A stretch of DNA of 63,880 nucleotides, the filler included, from Octopus bimaculoides (Eukaryota): assembly GCF_001194135.2 (NCBI RefSeq). It is 7 parts of 7 records of this genome, joined end to end, with 100 filler letters (N's around TTAATTAATTAA, not from the genome) between each part and the next. Parts side by side here need not be neighbours in the genome. Positions count along the whole stretch, not along the records: positions 12,536 to 28,446 come from NC_068998.1; positions 28,547 to 34,301 come from NC_069008.1; positions 34,402 to 44,229 come from NC_068981.1; 4 more parts are not named here. The stretch is one strand, 5' to 3'. Shown here in pieces: positions 27,064 to 38,990 of this stretch. Below the pieces are notes generated by a model, which saw only the letters and a program-made list of their open reading frames with translations, had not been told where the DNA came from and did not search any database. The position numbers and the translations under genes were made by a program. The stretch's first letter is position 1, and each line of letters opens with the position of its first letter.

Positions 27064-27946
27064 ATTAATCTATCTATTTGTGTGCGCGTGTGTGTGTGAG
27101 TTATTTTCCTCTGGACGCAAAGTCCTTACTATGTCTTCAGAAGGCGCTCAAAGACTAGCGAAATCTTCGACAATGAACGTTTCTCTGAAGCAGCTGCAAA
27201 TGGTCAGATGCCAGAAAAATGTTAGGAAGTACAAGTATTGACTTCTGTGTGACTGAAATTCGAAGGTGGGAGAAATGATGACAGCGAGTGCCTTAGCTAA
27301 GCCAGTTTAGATTTGGCACGAGAACAAAAGTGGAATAGACTGAAACGCGAGTCTGAGTTCAGTGTCTATTTGTTCGCACCGTTGAGGCATTTATATATAA
27401 GTGGCCACTTCATGAGAACCGCAGAACACAACTATTTGTGCAGCAGCAGCAGCCGCGCCGTTCTAAACGTGAATGTGCAGAAAACGTATATGTCGTCCCA
27501 CCTGATGCTTGTAGATGGTTAATAGATACTGCGTTGATAAATGACTTCCTAGCCCTGTATGTACGGTACATATTCAACGTTGGAGAATGATTGATCGAAA
27601 AGTAAATAGATAGATAAATATATAGAGATCAATGAGGTGTCTGTATTTGTGTGTATCTGCGTGAGTTGAGTGTAAATCTCACCGGCGATTCAGTGCGCTG
27701 CATAATGGACAGATCAGTGAGACTTTCTTAATAGTGGTTAGCGTGACTGGTTTATTGACAGCCATAGAAAAAAGCCGCAAGGTCATACCAAAAGTTTCTG
27801 ACTTAGACATACTTTAAATCACTCTGGGTTTCTTATTCAAGTAAACAATAGATAGCACCTGATATACTTATTTTATATTCTGTCGTTGATTCAGCAAAAT
27901 TGAAAATAGCATTTCATGATTCGTTTCATAGATTTTTAAAGATTTA

Positions 27947-28135
27947 CATCATCATCGTCATCATCATCATCATCATCATCATCGTCGTCGTCGTTGCCAT
28001 CATCATTATCATCACCACCACCACCATGTCGTCGTCGTCGTCGTCTTCGTCGTCATCATCAACAACATCATCGTTGTCATCATCATCGTCACCATCACCA
28101 TCATCATCATCATCATCATCGTCATCATCTTCATC
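27947..28135. repeat. Degenerate (CAT/CGT)n microsatellite
   Basis: Trinucleotide repeat. Confidence 0.9.
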
Positions 28136-28250
28136 GGCATACTTCGCCTGCGTTCACTTTCTGAGTTCAAATAACGCCGAGGTCGACTTTGCCTTCCCCC
28201 CTTTCGCGTGTCGATAAAATAAGTACTACGAAATTGTTGACCTTTTGCCA
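28135..28250 (+). mobile_element. SINE family B fragment
   Basis: TTCTGAGTTCAAATAACGCCGAGGTCGACTTTGCC..GTCGATAAAATAAGTAC. Confidence 0.75.
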
Positions 28251-28251
28251 A

Positions 28252-28308
<57 letters not shown>

Positions 28309-28314
28309 CATTAC

Positions 28315-28383
<69 letters not shown>

Positions 28384-28407
28384 CATTACTATTAGTATTA
28401 TCATTAC

Positions 28408-28445
<38 letters not shown>
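28252..28445. repeat. (TAT)n microsatellite
   Basis: Long trinucleotide repeat ending at a join. Confidence 0.95.
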
Positions 28446-28446
<1 letters not shown>

Positions 28447-28546
28447 NNNNNNNNNNNNNNNNNNNNNNNNNNNNNNNNNNNNNNNNNNNNTTAATTAATT
28501 AANNNNNNNNNNNNNNNNNNNNNNNNNNNNNNNNNNNNNNNNNNNN
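28447..28546. other. Artificial 100-bp join
   Basis: 44N-TTAATTAATTAA-44N. Confidence 0.9.
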
Positions 28547-28625
28547 ATGTTATATATATTTGTAAGTCCTGGTGTTTTTGTTATGTATTTGTCTGAATAT
28601 TTTTTTATTATACCTAAGGCACCTA
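28547..28625 (-). mobile_element. R4/Dong-type LINE C-terminal fragment, young family
   Basis: GALGIIKKYSDKYITKTPGLTNIYN; reverse complement nearly identical to 34425-34505. Confidence 0.8.
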
Positions 28626-28636
28626 TATTATTATTA

Positions 28637-28733
<97 letters not shown>

Positions 28734-28789
28734 TATTATTATTATTATTAAAAAGTTTCAAGTCATCCGTGTGCAGCAAATTGTTATTA

Positions 28790-29022
28790 TTGTTGTCACC
28801 ATCTTCTCTTTATCACAGGTTTTGTTGGAACTCCTGGAGTCTTGCATGCGTAGCGGGCTTACTACCTGCAGCCTACGGTACCATGCTATTCCTTCTTTTC
28901 AGCTTCCTGATTATTCTGGCCGTGCCAAGGAGACAAACCTTGGGTACTCTATTCCAATTTCCTTTATATTCTTCTTGATGCCTTCTGATACTGTTCCCAA
29001 GTACCTAACAATAATTGATACT
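28790..29022 (-). mobile_element. R4/Dong-type LINE 3' end, different family
   Basis: VSIIVRYLGTVSEGIKKNIKEIGIEY..LGTARIIRK plus 3' UTR ending in ACAATAATAAC. Confidence 0.65.
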
Positions 29023-29029
29023 TTATTAT

Positions 29030-30400
29030 TCCTTCGTAACACATTGCAGGTAAAAATAAACCGGACTCTTTAGTCATCTGTCAAGTCACAACAAGGACCT
29101 CAGACAGATAATACTTTCTTTAAGATGTGCCCAATAAGGCTGCTTGTTGCAAGACATCAATCTTGCGTGGGATTTCCAGTTGCCTTAAGAAGTATTGAAG
29201 TTTCACTGGGATTGAGCCCAACGCTCCGATTACCACTGCTATCACTTTTACATTAACCTCTTGCATTCCATAGGCTTGCCATTTCCACTTTCAGTTCGGA
29301 GTACTTGGTGATTTTTTCCAACCTCTTTACTCAAAAAATTCATGTCATTTGGTATGGCTACATCAATGGTCTGACAGTATTTGTCTCTCTTATTCGATAT
29401 GACAATATCCGGCCGATGGTATTCGATTACACGATCCGACTGAAAATCATAGTCCCAGAGTATCATTACTTTTCCATCCTCCTGCATAACTTTACTTGGT
29501 ACATACTCATACCACTTCTCTGTTACTCCATATTGGTATTTACGGTATAAGAGCCAATGAAGATACACACACATTTTATCTTGGCGGCGCTTGTATTCTT
29601 TTTGTGCAAGGCGCTCACATTCACTTACCAAGTGGGTCACATTTTCCACACTCTTTCCACAGTCTTCATTTCTGGGTGTCAGAAGTTTTATAGATGTTAT
29701 ACTTCACTGATTTGGTAGCGAGAGCCTGGTCTTGTGCAGCAATGATCAGGCTTTCGGTGATACGCTTCAAATCACCTCGCTCAAGCCATGCTCATGATGC
29801 TGTATTATTGTTAACGTCTTGTGTATTCCTTTCAAACTGTCTATGCATTCTCATTTCAAGGTCTTCTTTTCTCTTCTCCTCGGCTCTTTGGTTAAACTTT
29901 TCCTTGCTCATCATTTCATCTCTGCATTTACACCCATATCTTTCGCGGCATATTGTAGCAGGTCTTCATCACTATTTATCAAATACTCGGCAAGCGTTCT
30001 CATTTCACTCCTTATACAATGGTCTATACTAATTTGTCCTCTGCCACTATTCTTTCTTTTCATAAACAGTCTGTTTACGTTTGTTTTAGGGTGTGACACC
30101 CTATGCAGCGTCATCAACTTTCTCGCTCTTCTATCCATTGTTGATATTTCTTCCTAATCCATTTGAGGATGGACGCACTATATCTGACCACCGCAACTGC
30201 CCAGATATTCATTGCAGTAATCAAATTTTTGGCATTCTGGTTGGATTTCAACACCATCTTCACCCTTTTTTAATACGCCTCCTTGACTTTGACTTCCATT
30301 GCTCTGTGTAAAATGTAATCCAGCTCCAACGTCCCTAAATATCTATACCCACTACCGTCGGGTTCACCCGTGGTCTCTCCTGATGGTAACCAATATTTTA
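29030..30400 (-). mobile_element. R4/Dong-type LINE, C-terminal half (RT thumb, CCHC, RLE, 3' UTR)
   Basis: LPSGET..GYRYLG; DRRARKLMTLHRVSHPKTNVNRLF; ENVTHLVSECERLAQKEYKRRQD; ILWDYDFQSDRVIEYHRPDIV..IDVAIP (PD..D nuclease). Confidence 0.9.
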
Positions 30401-31286
30401 GCGATCCATTTGCAAATAAGTTAATATCCAAAGAATTTGATGTCCAGTACTCGATTGTTCAAAGTTATGTTGTAAACGGTCCGATCCGTATGCAGATCTC
30501 TCTCCTATTTTATCTATCAACGCAAAGCCGTAAAAAAAATAAAACCATTGTCTTGGCAACGTCATTTCAACTCTGCCAAAAGGTCGTTATATATCCTTCA
30601 TCACAAACGCTTGTCTTCCTTCAACCAGATTTTGAAGCTTCATTCAGAAAACATTCTAAGTTCTCTCCCTTCATTATATTTTTTCGTTATTTGCACTGAT
30701 TATAGATATACATAACTATANNNNNNNNNNNNNNNNNNNNNNNNNNNNNNNNNNNNNNNNNNNNNNNNNNNNNNNNNNNNNNNNNNNNNNNNNNNNNNNN
30801 NNNNNNNNNNNNNNNNNNNNNNNNNNNNNNNNNNNNNNNNNNNNNNNNNNNNNNNNNNNNNNNNNNNNNNNNNNNNNNNNNNNNNNNNNNNNNNNNNNNN
30901 NNNNNNNNNNNNNNNNNNNNNNNNNNNNNNNNNNNNNNNNNNNNNNNNNNNNNNNNNNNNNNNNNNNNNNNNNNNNNNNNNNNNNNNNNNNNNNNNNNNN
31001 NNNNNNNNNNNNNNNNNNNNNNNNNNNNNNNNNNNNNNNNNNNNNNNNNNNNNNNNNNNNNNNNNNNNNNNNNNNNNNNNNNNNNNNNNNNNNNNNNNNN
31101 NNNNNNNNNNNNNNNNNNNNNNNNNNNNNNNNNNNNNNNNNNNNNNNNNNNNNNNNNNNNNNNNNNNNNNNNNNNNNNNNNNNNNNNNNNNNNNNNNNNN
31201 NNNNNNNNNNNNNNNNNNNNNNNNNNNNNNNNNNNNNNNNNNNNNNNNNNNNNNNNNNNNNNNNNNNNNNNNNNNNNNNNNNNNNN

Positions 31287-31326
<40 letters not shown>

Positions 31327-31609
31327 ACTTCGTGTATATTATTTTTCCCCGTGTGTGAAGTTTAATTCTGTGTTAGGGTTCGAATCTTTGAAACTTTCTT
31401 TCCTTTTTCTTGAACGTAGGTCTTCCATTTCGACACTCCTGCGAGCGTCCGTAGCCTCGTTACCACTGTTATAACGACACCGTAATACAATGGGAGGTCG
31501 TCACTGTTATGTCCCACACTATGACGACGTATTTCGTCTTCTCTGCGGTACTGGGCCAAACAGCGGACCTCACTGACTGACATTACTGACTGTGTCAGTC
31601 CATTATTTA

Positions 31610-32465
31610 TTAGTAGTGGCGCCGTAGAACTGTCTGCCATTTATTCATGGAATATTATATATATTTTATGATTATTGGTGCTACATTGTTCATGGCTAGT
31701 GCTTCTAGCATCCATATGTGAGAAATACTATCAAAAACCTTTCGATAATCGATCCAAGCCATTACATAGATGCTTCTTCTTCTGCTGCTGGTCAATTCAG
31801 TTATGGATTTATTGGTAAGTAGCTAATCTTTACAGCCGTATGAACCCTTGCAACATCCCTTCTGCTCTTCTGACAACAGGATGTTGTCTTCCAGATGTTT
31901 ACCCATTCTCTGCGATTTTATTGTAGTAAAGGACTTGTAAATTGTAGGGAGACAAGTTATCGGTCTGTAATTTTGTGAGTTTACTGTTTCAGTATATTTG
32001 GAAATTAGGATAGTTTTCCCTTCTGTGAGCTATTAGGGGACTCTCTCTGGCTCTGCTAGTATTTCCATAAATTTTTCACCCAGCGTTTTATGTATTCCTG
32101 TTAGATATTTTAACCAGAATTTAGGGATCTTGTCGTGCCCAGATACCTCCCAGTTGCTTAGTTTTGCAGTGCCTTGGTGACCTCTTCAGTTGTTATAGGG
32201 GTTCAGAATTGTTCAGGCGTCGAGTTCGTTGTTTTGATAGATTTTTCTGAGGTTGTTCCTTCGCCGACCACATTTCTTTCCAAAATTCTTCCACTTCTTC
32301 TGCTGTTTTCATCTCTATTTTCTTTTTGCCAAGTCCTTCGTGGAATCTGTTCGGGTTGCAGTTGAACTTTTGTTTTGTTGGTTTGTTTCGTTGGCGTTTC
32401 TTATGCCGGTGGATTCTTTGTGCTTTGGCGAGGATATCTTTGGCTGTTCTTTTAGCTCAGGTTTG
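31610..32465 (-). mobile_element. R4/Dong-type LINE, N-terminal RT region, degraded
   Basis: AKAQRIHRHKKRQ..EEVEEFWKEMWS..NYRPITCLPTIYK..EEQKGC..AWIDYRKVFDSISHIWMLEAL..MNKWQTVL read across frameshifts. Confidence 0.85.
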
Positions 32466-32488
32466 TAATTTTGTATTTACGTAGTTTT

Positions 32489-32489
32489 T

Positions 32490-32542
<53 letters not shown>

Positions 32543-32753
32543 TATCATCATCATCGTCATTATTATTATCATCATCATCATCATCATCATTATTATCATC
32601 ATCATCATCATCATTATCATTATCATCATCATCATCACCATCATCTTCATCATCATCATCGGCATCATCATTATTATTATCATCATCATCATCATCATCA
32701 TTATCATCATCATCATCATCATTATCATTATCATCATCATCATCATCATTATG

Positions 32754-32811
<58 letters not shown>

Positions 32812-32829
32812 CTATTATCATTATTATTT
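32489..32829. repeat. Compound (CAT)n/(TAT)n microsatellite
   Basis: About 340 bp of trinucleotide repeat abutting a splice acceptor. Confidence 0.95.
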
Positions 32830-32832
32830 CAG

Positions 32833-33011
32833 ACAGCCAATGGATTAAAACATATGCCTTATCAATCGGAGCTGGTTCGAAAGTCTATCAATCATTTAAG
32901 AAAATAGGAAGTCCTTCAACCTGGAAAGTGGACAAATGTAATGGTAACTTCTGTCCTAACTTTTTCCGACATCCTATCCTTGATTTCTGGAAGCATCTTC
33001 CAATTGATGAG
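32833..33011 (+). CDS. Internal coding exon of an unidentified, probably secreted invertebrate protein
   Basis: TTTCAG acceptor, GAG|GTAGGT donor, 179 nt open: xSQWIKTYALSIGAGSKVYQSFKKIGSPSTWKVDKCNGNFCPNFFRHPILDFWKHLPIDE. High complexity and not like any TE protein I recognise. An alternative acceptor 4 nt downstream is possible. Confidence 0.75.
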
Positions 33012-33349
33012 GTAGGTATCCACACACACGCGCGCGCATACACGCTCCCACGCAAATATATACGAAATGAGATTCTTTCACACATAAATTATCATTATAA
33101 TAGTAATAAAGATAAATTATCTTTTGGATTAATTCACATATATTTGAGACATATTTTGCCTGTAAATACGGCCATTTTCATTTTTACCGTGGAGAAAATT
33201 CTCTCCTTAGGCAACATGTGTTAAAACACCAAAATTCATTTCAAAGAGCCCCCGTGGACCGATATATGCATTCCAAGCTCTGTTGCTATCGTCAGCATCA
33301 GATTCCAAGCGAGACAATCCTGAGATGACTCTGGAAGACATCTTCCTTA

Positions 33350-33790
33350 TAGAAATAGAAATTGACTAGTGATCGCATGTGACGGCCGCCATGCAAGAAG
33401 GAATCTAGCAAGCATACAACGTAGTGTCGTGAGGAATTTTATCCGCGATAAACCACTGTAATAAGAATGTTTATAATAGACATAACACTTTCTTATTTTG
33501 GTAGTGACTAGTAAATGGCATGTGAACCTCGGTGAGACTTGAATTATTTTGTCATTCTTCTTGTGATATGGCAAGATTGAGGAACATACAAAACTTTAAG
33601 GTGATAAGTGAGCCAGACCCTATCGGAACCCAGATCAAGAGTAGGAAATGATGTTAACTTGGACACATCACACGGAAACCTTTTTCTGATGGTAGAAGGC
33701 AAACCGTCCGATGGATATCTCAAGGGAGACGGAAATATGAGGATCAAAAACAACATAAATAATTTCTGGAGGAACTGAAGATATGAAAGA
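33350..33790 (+). mobile_element. RTE-clade LINE 3' remnant, heavily degraded
   Basis: PIGTQIKSRK*C*LGHITRKP..RQTVRWISQGRRK resembles the RTE C-terminus at 41115-41380. Confidence 0.5.
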
Positions 33791-33808
33791 CGGCTACACC
33801 AGGGGATA

Positions 33809-33995
33809 CAGTGCCTTGCAAAAGTCTACACCCCCTTTGAAAATTTTTATATTTTGTATAATTTAACAGGGAACAACATTTTTTTCAATTCCAATGATTG
33901 TTAAATAATAAGCAGATCCATCACACTTTCCTTTGATATAAAAATTACATTTTAAAAATTTCACACTGATTCTTAAAAACATATAACTGAGAAAA
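33809..33995 (+). mobile_element. Tc1-like terminal inverted repeat fragment
   Basis: TA|CAGTGCCTTGCAAAAGTCTACACCCCCTTTGA is a typical Tc1 terminus; partner TIR not seen. Confidence 0.6.
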
Positions 33996-34117
33996 ATGTC
34001 TTTTCTTGTTTTACATTGTTTTACACCATTTTATTCCTTTGGAATAATATCAGTGATATCTTCGAAACATGTGTCGGAAGTAAAAGAATTTGAATAACAC
34101 CTGCGTTTAACTCCATT

Positions 34118-34150
<33 letters not shown>

Positions 34151-34301
34151 ATAAGAGTGAAAAAACTACAGAAGGCTTGTGTTACTTGGTTAAAGTATAT
34201 ATTTAAATTATGTCGGAAAAATGTTAGAAAAATGTTAGAAAAATGTTAGAAAATCTTTTTGGTATATAAACATTGTATTTTGAGAAATAAGCGGTTTCGT
34301 G

Positions 34302-34401
34302 NNNNNNNNNNNNNNNNNNNNNNNNNNNNNNNNNNNNNNNNNNNNTTAATTAATTAANNNNNNNNNNNNNNNNNNNNNNNNNNNNNNNNNNNNNNNNNNN
34401 N
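34302..34401. other. Artificial 100-bp join
   Basis: 44N-TTAATTAATTAA-44N. Confidence 0.9.
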
Positions 34402-34684
34402 AAAACAGAAACAATTCCTATCATAGTAGGTGCCTTAGGTATAATAAAAAAATATTCAGACAAATACATAACAAAAATACCAGGACTTACAAATATATAT
34501 AACATACAGAAAATTGCACTACTGGGTACTGCACACATTCTACGCAAAACACTTTCAATACAGTAAACATAAGAGCACCACAGCAAACCACAGCACATAC
34601 CCAAGGCGCACAGAGCTGCGCTCGGTAGTGAAGTGAAAGCACGTTATAAAAATAAAACTACTGAACAATAATAATAATAATAAT
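34402..34684 (+). mobile_element. R4/Dong-type LINE 3' end with (TAA)n tail, young family
   Basis: KTETIPIIVGALGIIKKYSDKYITKIPGLTNIYNIQKIALLGTAHILRKTLSIQ*, with no disablement in this stretch. Confidence 0.85.
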
Positions 34685-35772
34685 AAGCAAAAGATCGCAT
34701 TCTATTGTCAAGGAAGCTTGCAAATGCGCAAGGGAACTTGGTATTAATCCTGAAATACATGAAGAACCTGAAACCACTGCCACAAAACAAGCAAAACGGC
34801 TCAAGCAGAATGCAAAAACAAACGAACAGAAACAAATTGAGGAGCGGTGAAGCCAGAAGCCTCTGCATGGACAGTATATATTTCGAAGTTAAAATGCTGA
34901 TGTAGACCAAGCAACAACCCGTCAGTTGCTGAGAAGTTCAGGATTGAAAGCAGAGACTGGAGATTTCATATTGGCGGCACGAGATCAAAGCCTGCTTACA
35001 AAAATCTATCTGGCTAACTTTCTTCAAAACGATTCTGACCTTAAATGCAGATTCTGTGACACATTTGACGAAGCAATAGACCATTTCGTTTTGGGATGTC
35101 CTGTGCTGACACCAAACGAATACAAAAATCGCTACGATCGGGCAGGACAGTAATTACATTGGAAAATAGGTAAACACTACAAAATCAGCACTCGTGCTTA
35201 CTGGTATGAACATCATCCTGAGTTAGTCGTTGAAGGTAAAAATGTCACTATCCTCTGGGATTTTCCAGTCAACATTGATAGAACAATCCAGGCTATTCCA
35301 CCAGACATAATTATTAAAGACAGGGAAGACTTGTAGACTAATAGATGTAAGTGTGCCCACTGATAAAAAATATATCTGTAAAGAAATTTGACAAATTAAA
35401 TAAATATAAGGACCTGGAAATTGAAATACAAAAGAGTGGCACCTCAAGCGAGAACTCTTCCTGTTATTGTAGGTACCCTAGGTATGTCATAAACATCTAG
35501 ATAAGATCCCAGGAGAATCATGTCTCAGAGAAATCCAAAAGATTGTGCTGAACAGCACTGCCCACATCCTTAGAAAAGCCCTATCCATTTAAATGTCTGT
35601 GTTGTATTACATGAAGATATTTCGCTACTGCACCTGCCACCTCCCCTCCCCAAGCTTTCAGTCATTCTGTAACGTCTCTTATCCTTCATTCGCCCCAGGA
35701 TGCTGAGTGTGTCTCAGTAAGTAACTGTAACAAACATGCAAATTAAAAATTAATAATAATAATAATAATAAT
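34685..35772 (+). mobile_element. R4/Dong-type LINE 3' fragment (CCHC and RLE) with (AAT)n tail
   Basis: LRSSGLKAETGDFILAARDQSL..CRFCDTFDEAIDHFVLGCPVLTPNEYKNRYD..ILWDFP..PDIIIKD..TAHILRKALSI. Confidence 0.9.
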
Positions 35773-36879
35773 NNNNNNNNNNNNNNNNNNNNNNNNNNNN
35801 NNNNNNNNNNNNNNNNNNNNNNNNNNNNNNNNNNNNNNNNNNNNNNNNNNNNNNNNNNNNNNNNNNNNNNNNNNNNNNNNNNNNNNNNNNNNNNNNNNNN
35901 NNNNNNNNNNNNNNNNNNNNNNNNNNNNNNNNNNNNNNNNNNNNNNNNNNNNNNNNNNNNNNNNNNNNNNNNNNNNNNNNNNNNNNNNNNNNNNNNNNNN
36001 NNNNNNNNNNNNNNNNNNNNNNNNNNNNNNNNNNNNNNNNNNNNNNNNNNNNNNNNNNNNNNNNNNNNNNNNNNNNNNNNNNNNNNNNNNNNNNNNNNNN
36101 NNNNNNNNNNNNNNNNNNNNNNNNNNNNNNNNNNNNNNNNNNNNNNNNNNNNNNNNNNNNNNNNNNNNNNNNNNNNNNNNNNNNNNNNNNNNNNNNNNNN
36201 NNNNNNNNNNNNNNNNNNNNNNNNNNNNNAGTCGTAAATTCGAACCAAGATCCATTTAAATAGAATATCTGTAGTGGGAATATATATTCAGTACCAGGTG
36301 TTGATGTGGCTGCGTGTATATTATTACAAGAGTTCATATAGAGATGAAGAATAAATTCATGAACTATATATTTACTACATAAAAATATATTTTATATACT
36401 GGTCGATGATGATGCATTATCAAAATGTAGAATCTAGTTGAATGAAGTAATCTATGCAAGACAGTTCAGAGATAGGAAATATAGAAATAACAGCTAAGTG
36501 GTGGCTTTCAGTCATGTGGCATAGAGAAATAGACGGACATAGCAATGACGTGAATGGCTCTAAGTCTAAAGCCTAATCGGCTAAGAAGCGAAGAGCAGGG
36601 TTAGCAAGCTGTTTTTATTAATGGAACGCTAGACATTCTAGAAACTTCCAAGAGAAACGCTAAGCTTCTTGAATGATTAAGAATCACCTCTCATGACACA
36701 GATGCTTCGAGAAACTTAGTAAAGGGAGGTTACTCTATAATCTTTCTTGCAAGGGAGATCATTTAACTATCTAGCTACCGCTACATATCTAATAAAAAAA
36801 ATCTCCCGTCAGTAAATGCAATGTTTCAGTTTCACAGCTCATTGTGGGAAAATATTTTAAGCGTACTATTGCTATATAT

Positions 36880-36921
36880 TGTTGTTGGCACTCCGTCGCT
36901 TACGACGTCGAGGGTTCCAGT
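36880..36921 (-). mobile_element. SINE family C tail end
   Basis: GTTGTTGGCACTCCGTCGCTTACGACGTCGAGGGTTCCAGT. Confidence 0.75.
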
Positions 36922-36931
36922 NNNNNNNNNN

Positions 36932-36975
<44 letters not shown>

Positions 36976-38039
36976 TGAGGTGCTAAGTAAAAACCAGGTG
37001 ATCACTTCAGCAATACTTCTTGCAGGAACTGGCTAGCAGAGTGTTCGAATGCTAGGTGTCTTTACCATATCTTTAGATCGGTGCATACCTTGTAAGTGAA
37101 ACTGAGTTTACGGAAACTGCGTGGAAGACTGTCGGATAGATTGTATGATTGTAATTCATTGAACAGAACTTGTCTCGCTGATTCTGTATGAGAATTATGC
37201 TAAGGATGCATGAGTCTGTTAAACATTGTGCTTGTTACATTCGAATTCAATAAGGCCAATAGTTTAGTTGATGGAATAACTTAAGACTCATAGTCGTAAA
37301 TTCGAACCAAGATCCATTTAAATAGAATATCTGTAGTGGGAATATATATTCAGTACCAGGTGTTGATGTGGCTGCGTGTATATTATTACAAGAGTTCATA
37401 TAGAGATGAAGAATAAATTCATGAACTATATATTTACTACATAAAAATATATTTTATATACTGGTCGATGATGATGCATTATCAAAATGTAGAATCTAGT
37501 TGAATGAAGTAATCTATGCAAGACAGTTCAGAGATAGGAAATATAGAAATAACAGCTAAGTGGTGGCTTTCAGTCATGTGGCATAGAGAAATAGACGGAC
37601 ATANNNNNNNNNNNNNNNNNNNNNNNNNNNNNNNNNNNNNNNNNNNNNNNNNNNNNNNNNNNNNNNNNNNNNNNNNNNNNNNNNNNNNNNNNNNNNNNNN
37701 NNNNNNNNNNNNNNNNNNNNNNNNNNNNNNNNNNNNNNNNNNNNNNNNNNNNNNNNNNNNNNNNNNNNNNNNNNNNNNNNNNNNNNNNNNNNNNNNNNNN
37801 NNNNNNNNNNNNNNNNNNNNNNNNNNNNNNNNNNNNNNNNNNNNNNNNNNNNNNNNNNNNNNNNNNNNNNNNNNNNNNNNNNNNNNNNNNNNNNNNNNNN
37901 NNNNNNNNNNNNNNNNNNNNNNNNNNNNNNNNNNNNNNNNNNNNNNNNNNNNNNNNNNNNNNNNNNNNNNNNNNNNNNNNNNNNNNNNNNNNNNNNNNNN
38001 NNNNNNNNNNNNNNNNNNNNNNNNNNNNNNNNNNNNNNN

Positions 38040-38360
38040 GCCTGCTCGTGAAATTAACATGCACGTGGATGAGCATTCCATAGACACGTGTACCCTTAAC
38101 GTAGTTCTCGGGGATATTCAGCGTAACACAGTGTGACGAGGCTGACCCTTTGAATTACAGGCACAACAGAAACAAGAAGTAAGAGTGAGAGAAAGTTGTG
38201 GTGGAAGAGAACAGCAGATTTCGCCACCATCCCTTGCCGGAGCCTCGTGGAGCTTTAGGTGTTTTCGCTCAATAAACACTCACAACGCCCGATCTGGGAA
38301 TCGAAACCGCGATCCTATGACCGCGAGTTTGCTACCCTAACCACTGGGCCATTGCGCCTC
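38040..38360 (-). mobile_element. SINE family C (head and body)
   Basis: Homologous to 4050-4573. Confidence 0.85.
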
Positions 38361-38519
38361 TACATTGCTATATATAACAATCGGAAAAAGACAAAACACT
38401 CGGGGCAAGGTGAAACGAAATCTTTTTGCCCTAAACCAAATGCAAGAAAAATGTATATATAGTGACAATGAAGAATGAACTAAACCACCAAGGACACGTT
38501 GTGTCGTCTCTTTGTGTCG

Positions 38520-38790
38520 CTTCTACTGGTACTATAAAATCATCTACTTCTCTGAACTAACTATTTGCATATAACCTTGCATTCTGCCTCCAGCCGGTCC
38601 TTGCGAACATAACACACGCGTCACCTCCTCTGCGTCGCATCTCCCAGGTTTCATACTAACAGTCTTTTCAATCCTTGCTGCCCAGACCATCAAAATACTG
38701 GAATTCCATTCGCGTCCATGTTTTCCCCTCTCAGACGCTGAATTACAGATATTGAAGCGAAACATTAATCGCATCACGACATTTTATAAA
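38520..38790 (+). mobile_element. Possible CR1/L2-type LINE 3' remnant
   Basis: Shifted frames give PRPSKYWNSIRVHVFP and LQILKRNINRI, like CR1/L2 ORF2 C-termini. Confidence 0.4.
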
Positions 38791-38920
38791 CAAACTTTGG
38801 AGCGTCGAATGTATCTGATATTTTACAGACAAGGAAGTAAATTTCGAGCGCAGTATAACTGTGAAAACTTCAGCAAGATTGGGTAATTACCCTTATAAGA
38901 CGTTTAGCTTTATGATAACG

Positions 38921-38990
38921 GACCGTTTTGCTTAATGGTTGAGTACTAAGCTTGTATCTGAGGGGCACGGGTTCGACTCCCGTAGCCACT
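38921..38990 (+). pseudogene. Degenerate tRNA-like sequence (Thr-TGT-like) or isolated SINE head
   Basis: GCTTAATGGTTGAG box-A-like, CTTGTAT loop, GGGTTCGACTCCC box B/T arm; acceptor stem does not pair. Confidence 0.45.

Noticed and set aside
32471-32848. Poly-His / poly-Met / poly-Ile ORFs, and poly-Leu/Tyr at 28189-28502
   Set aside because: Reading frames of (CAT)n and (TAT)n; only 32833-33011 has coding complexity and splice sites.
36230-37603. 312-bp perfect direct repeat (36230-36541 and 37292-37603) as an LTR pair or segmental duplication
   Set aside because: Each copy ends at a gap edge, identity is 100%, and there are no TG..CA termini; probably a scaffolding artefact, though long reads are needed to exclude a real duplication.
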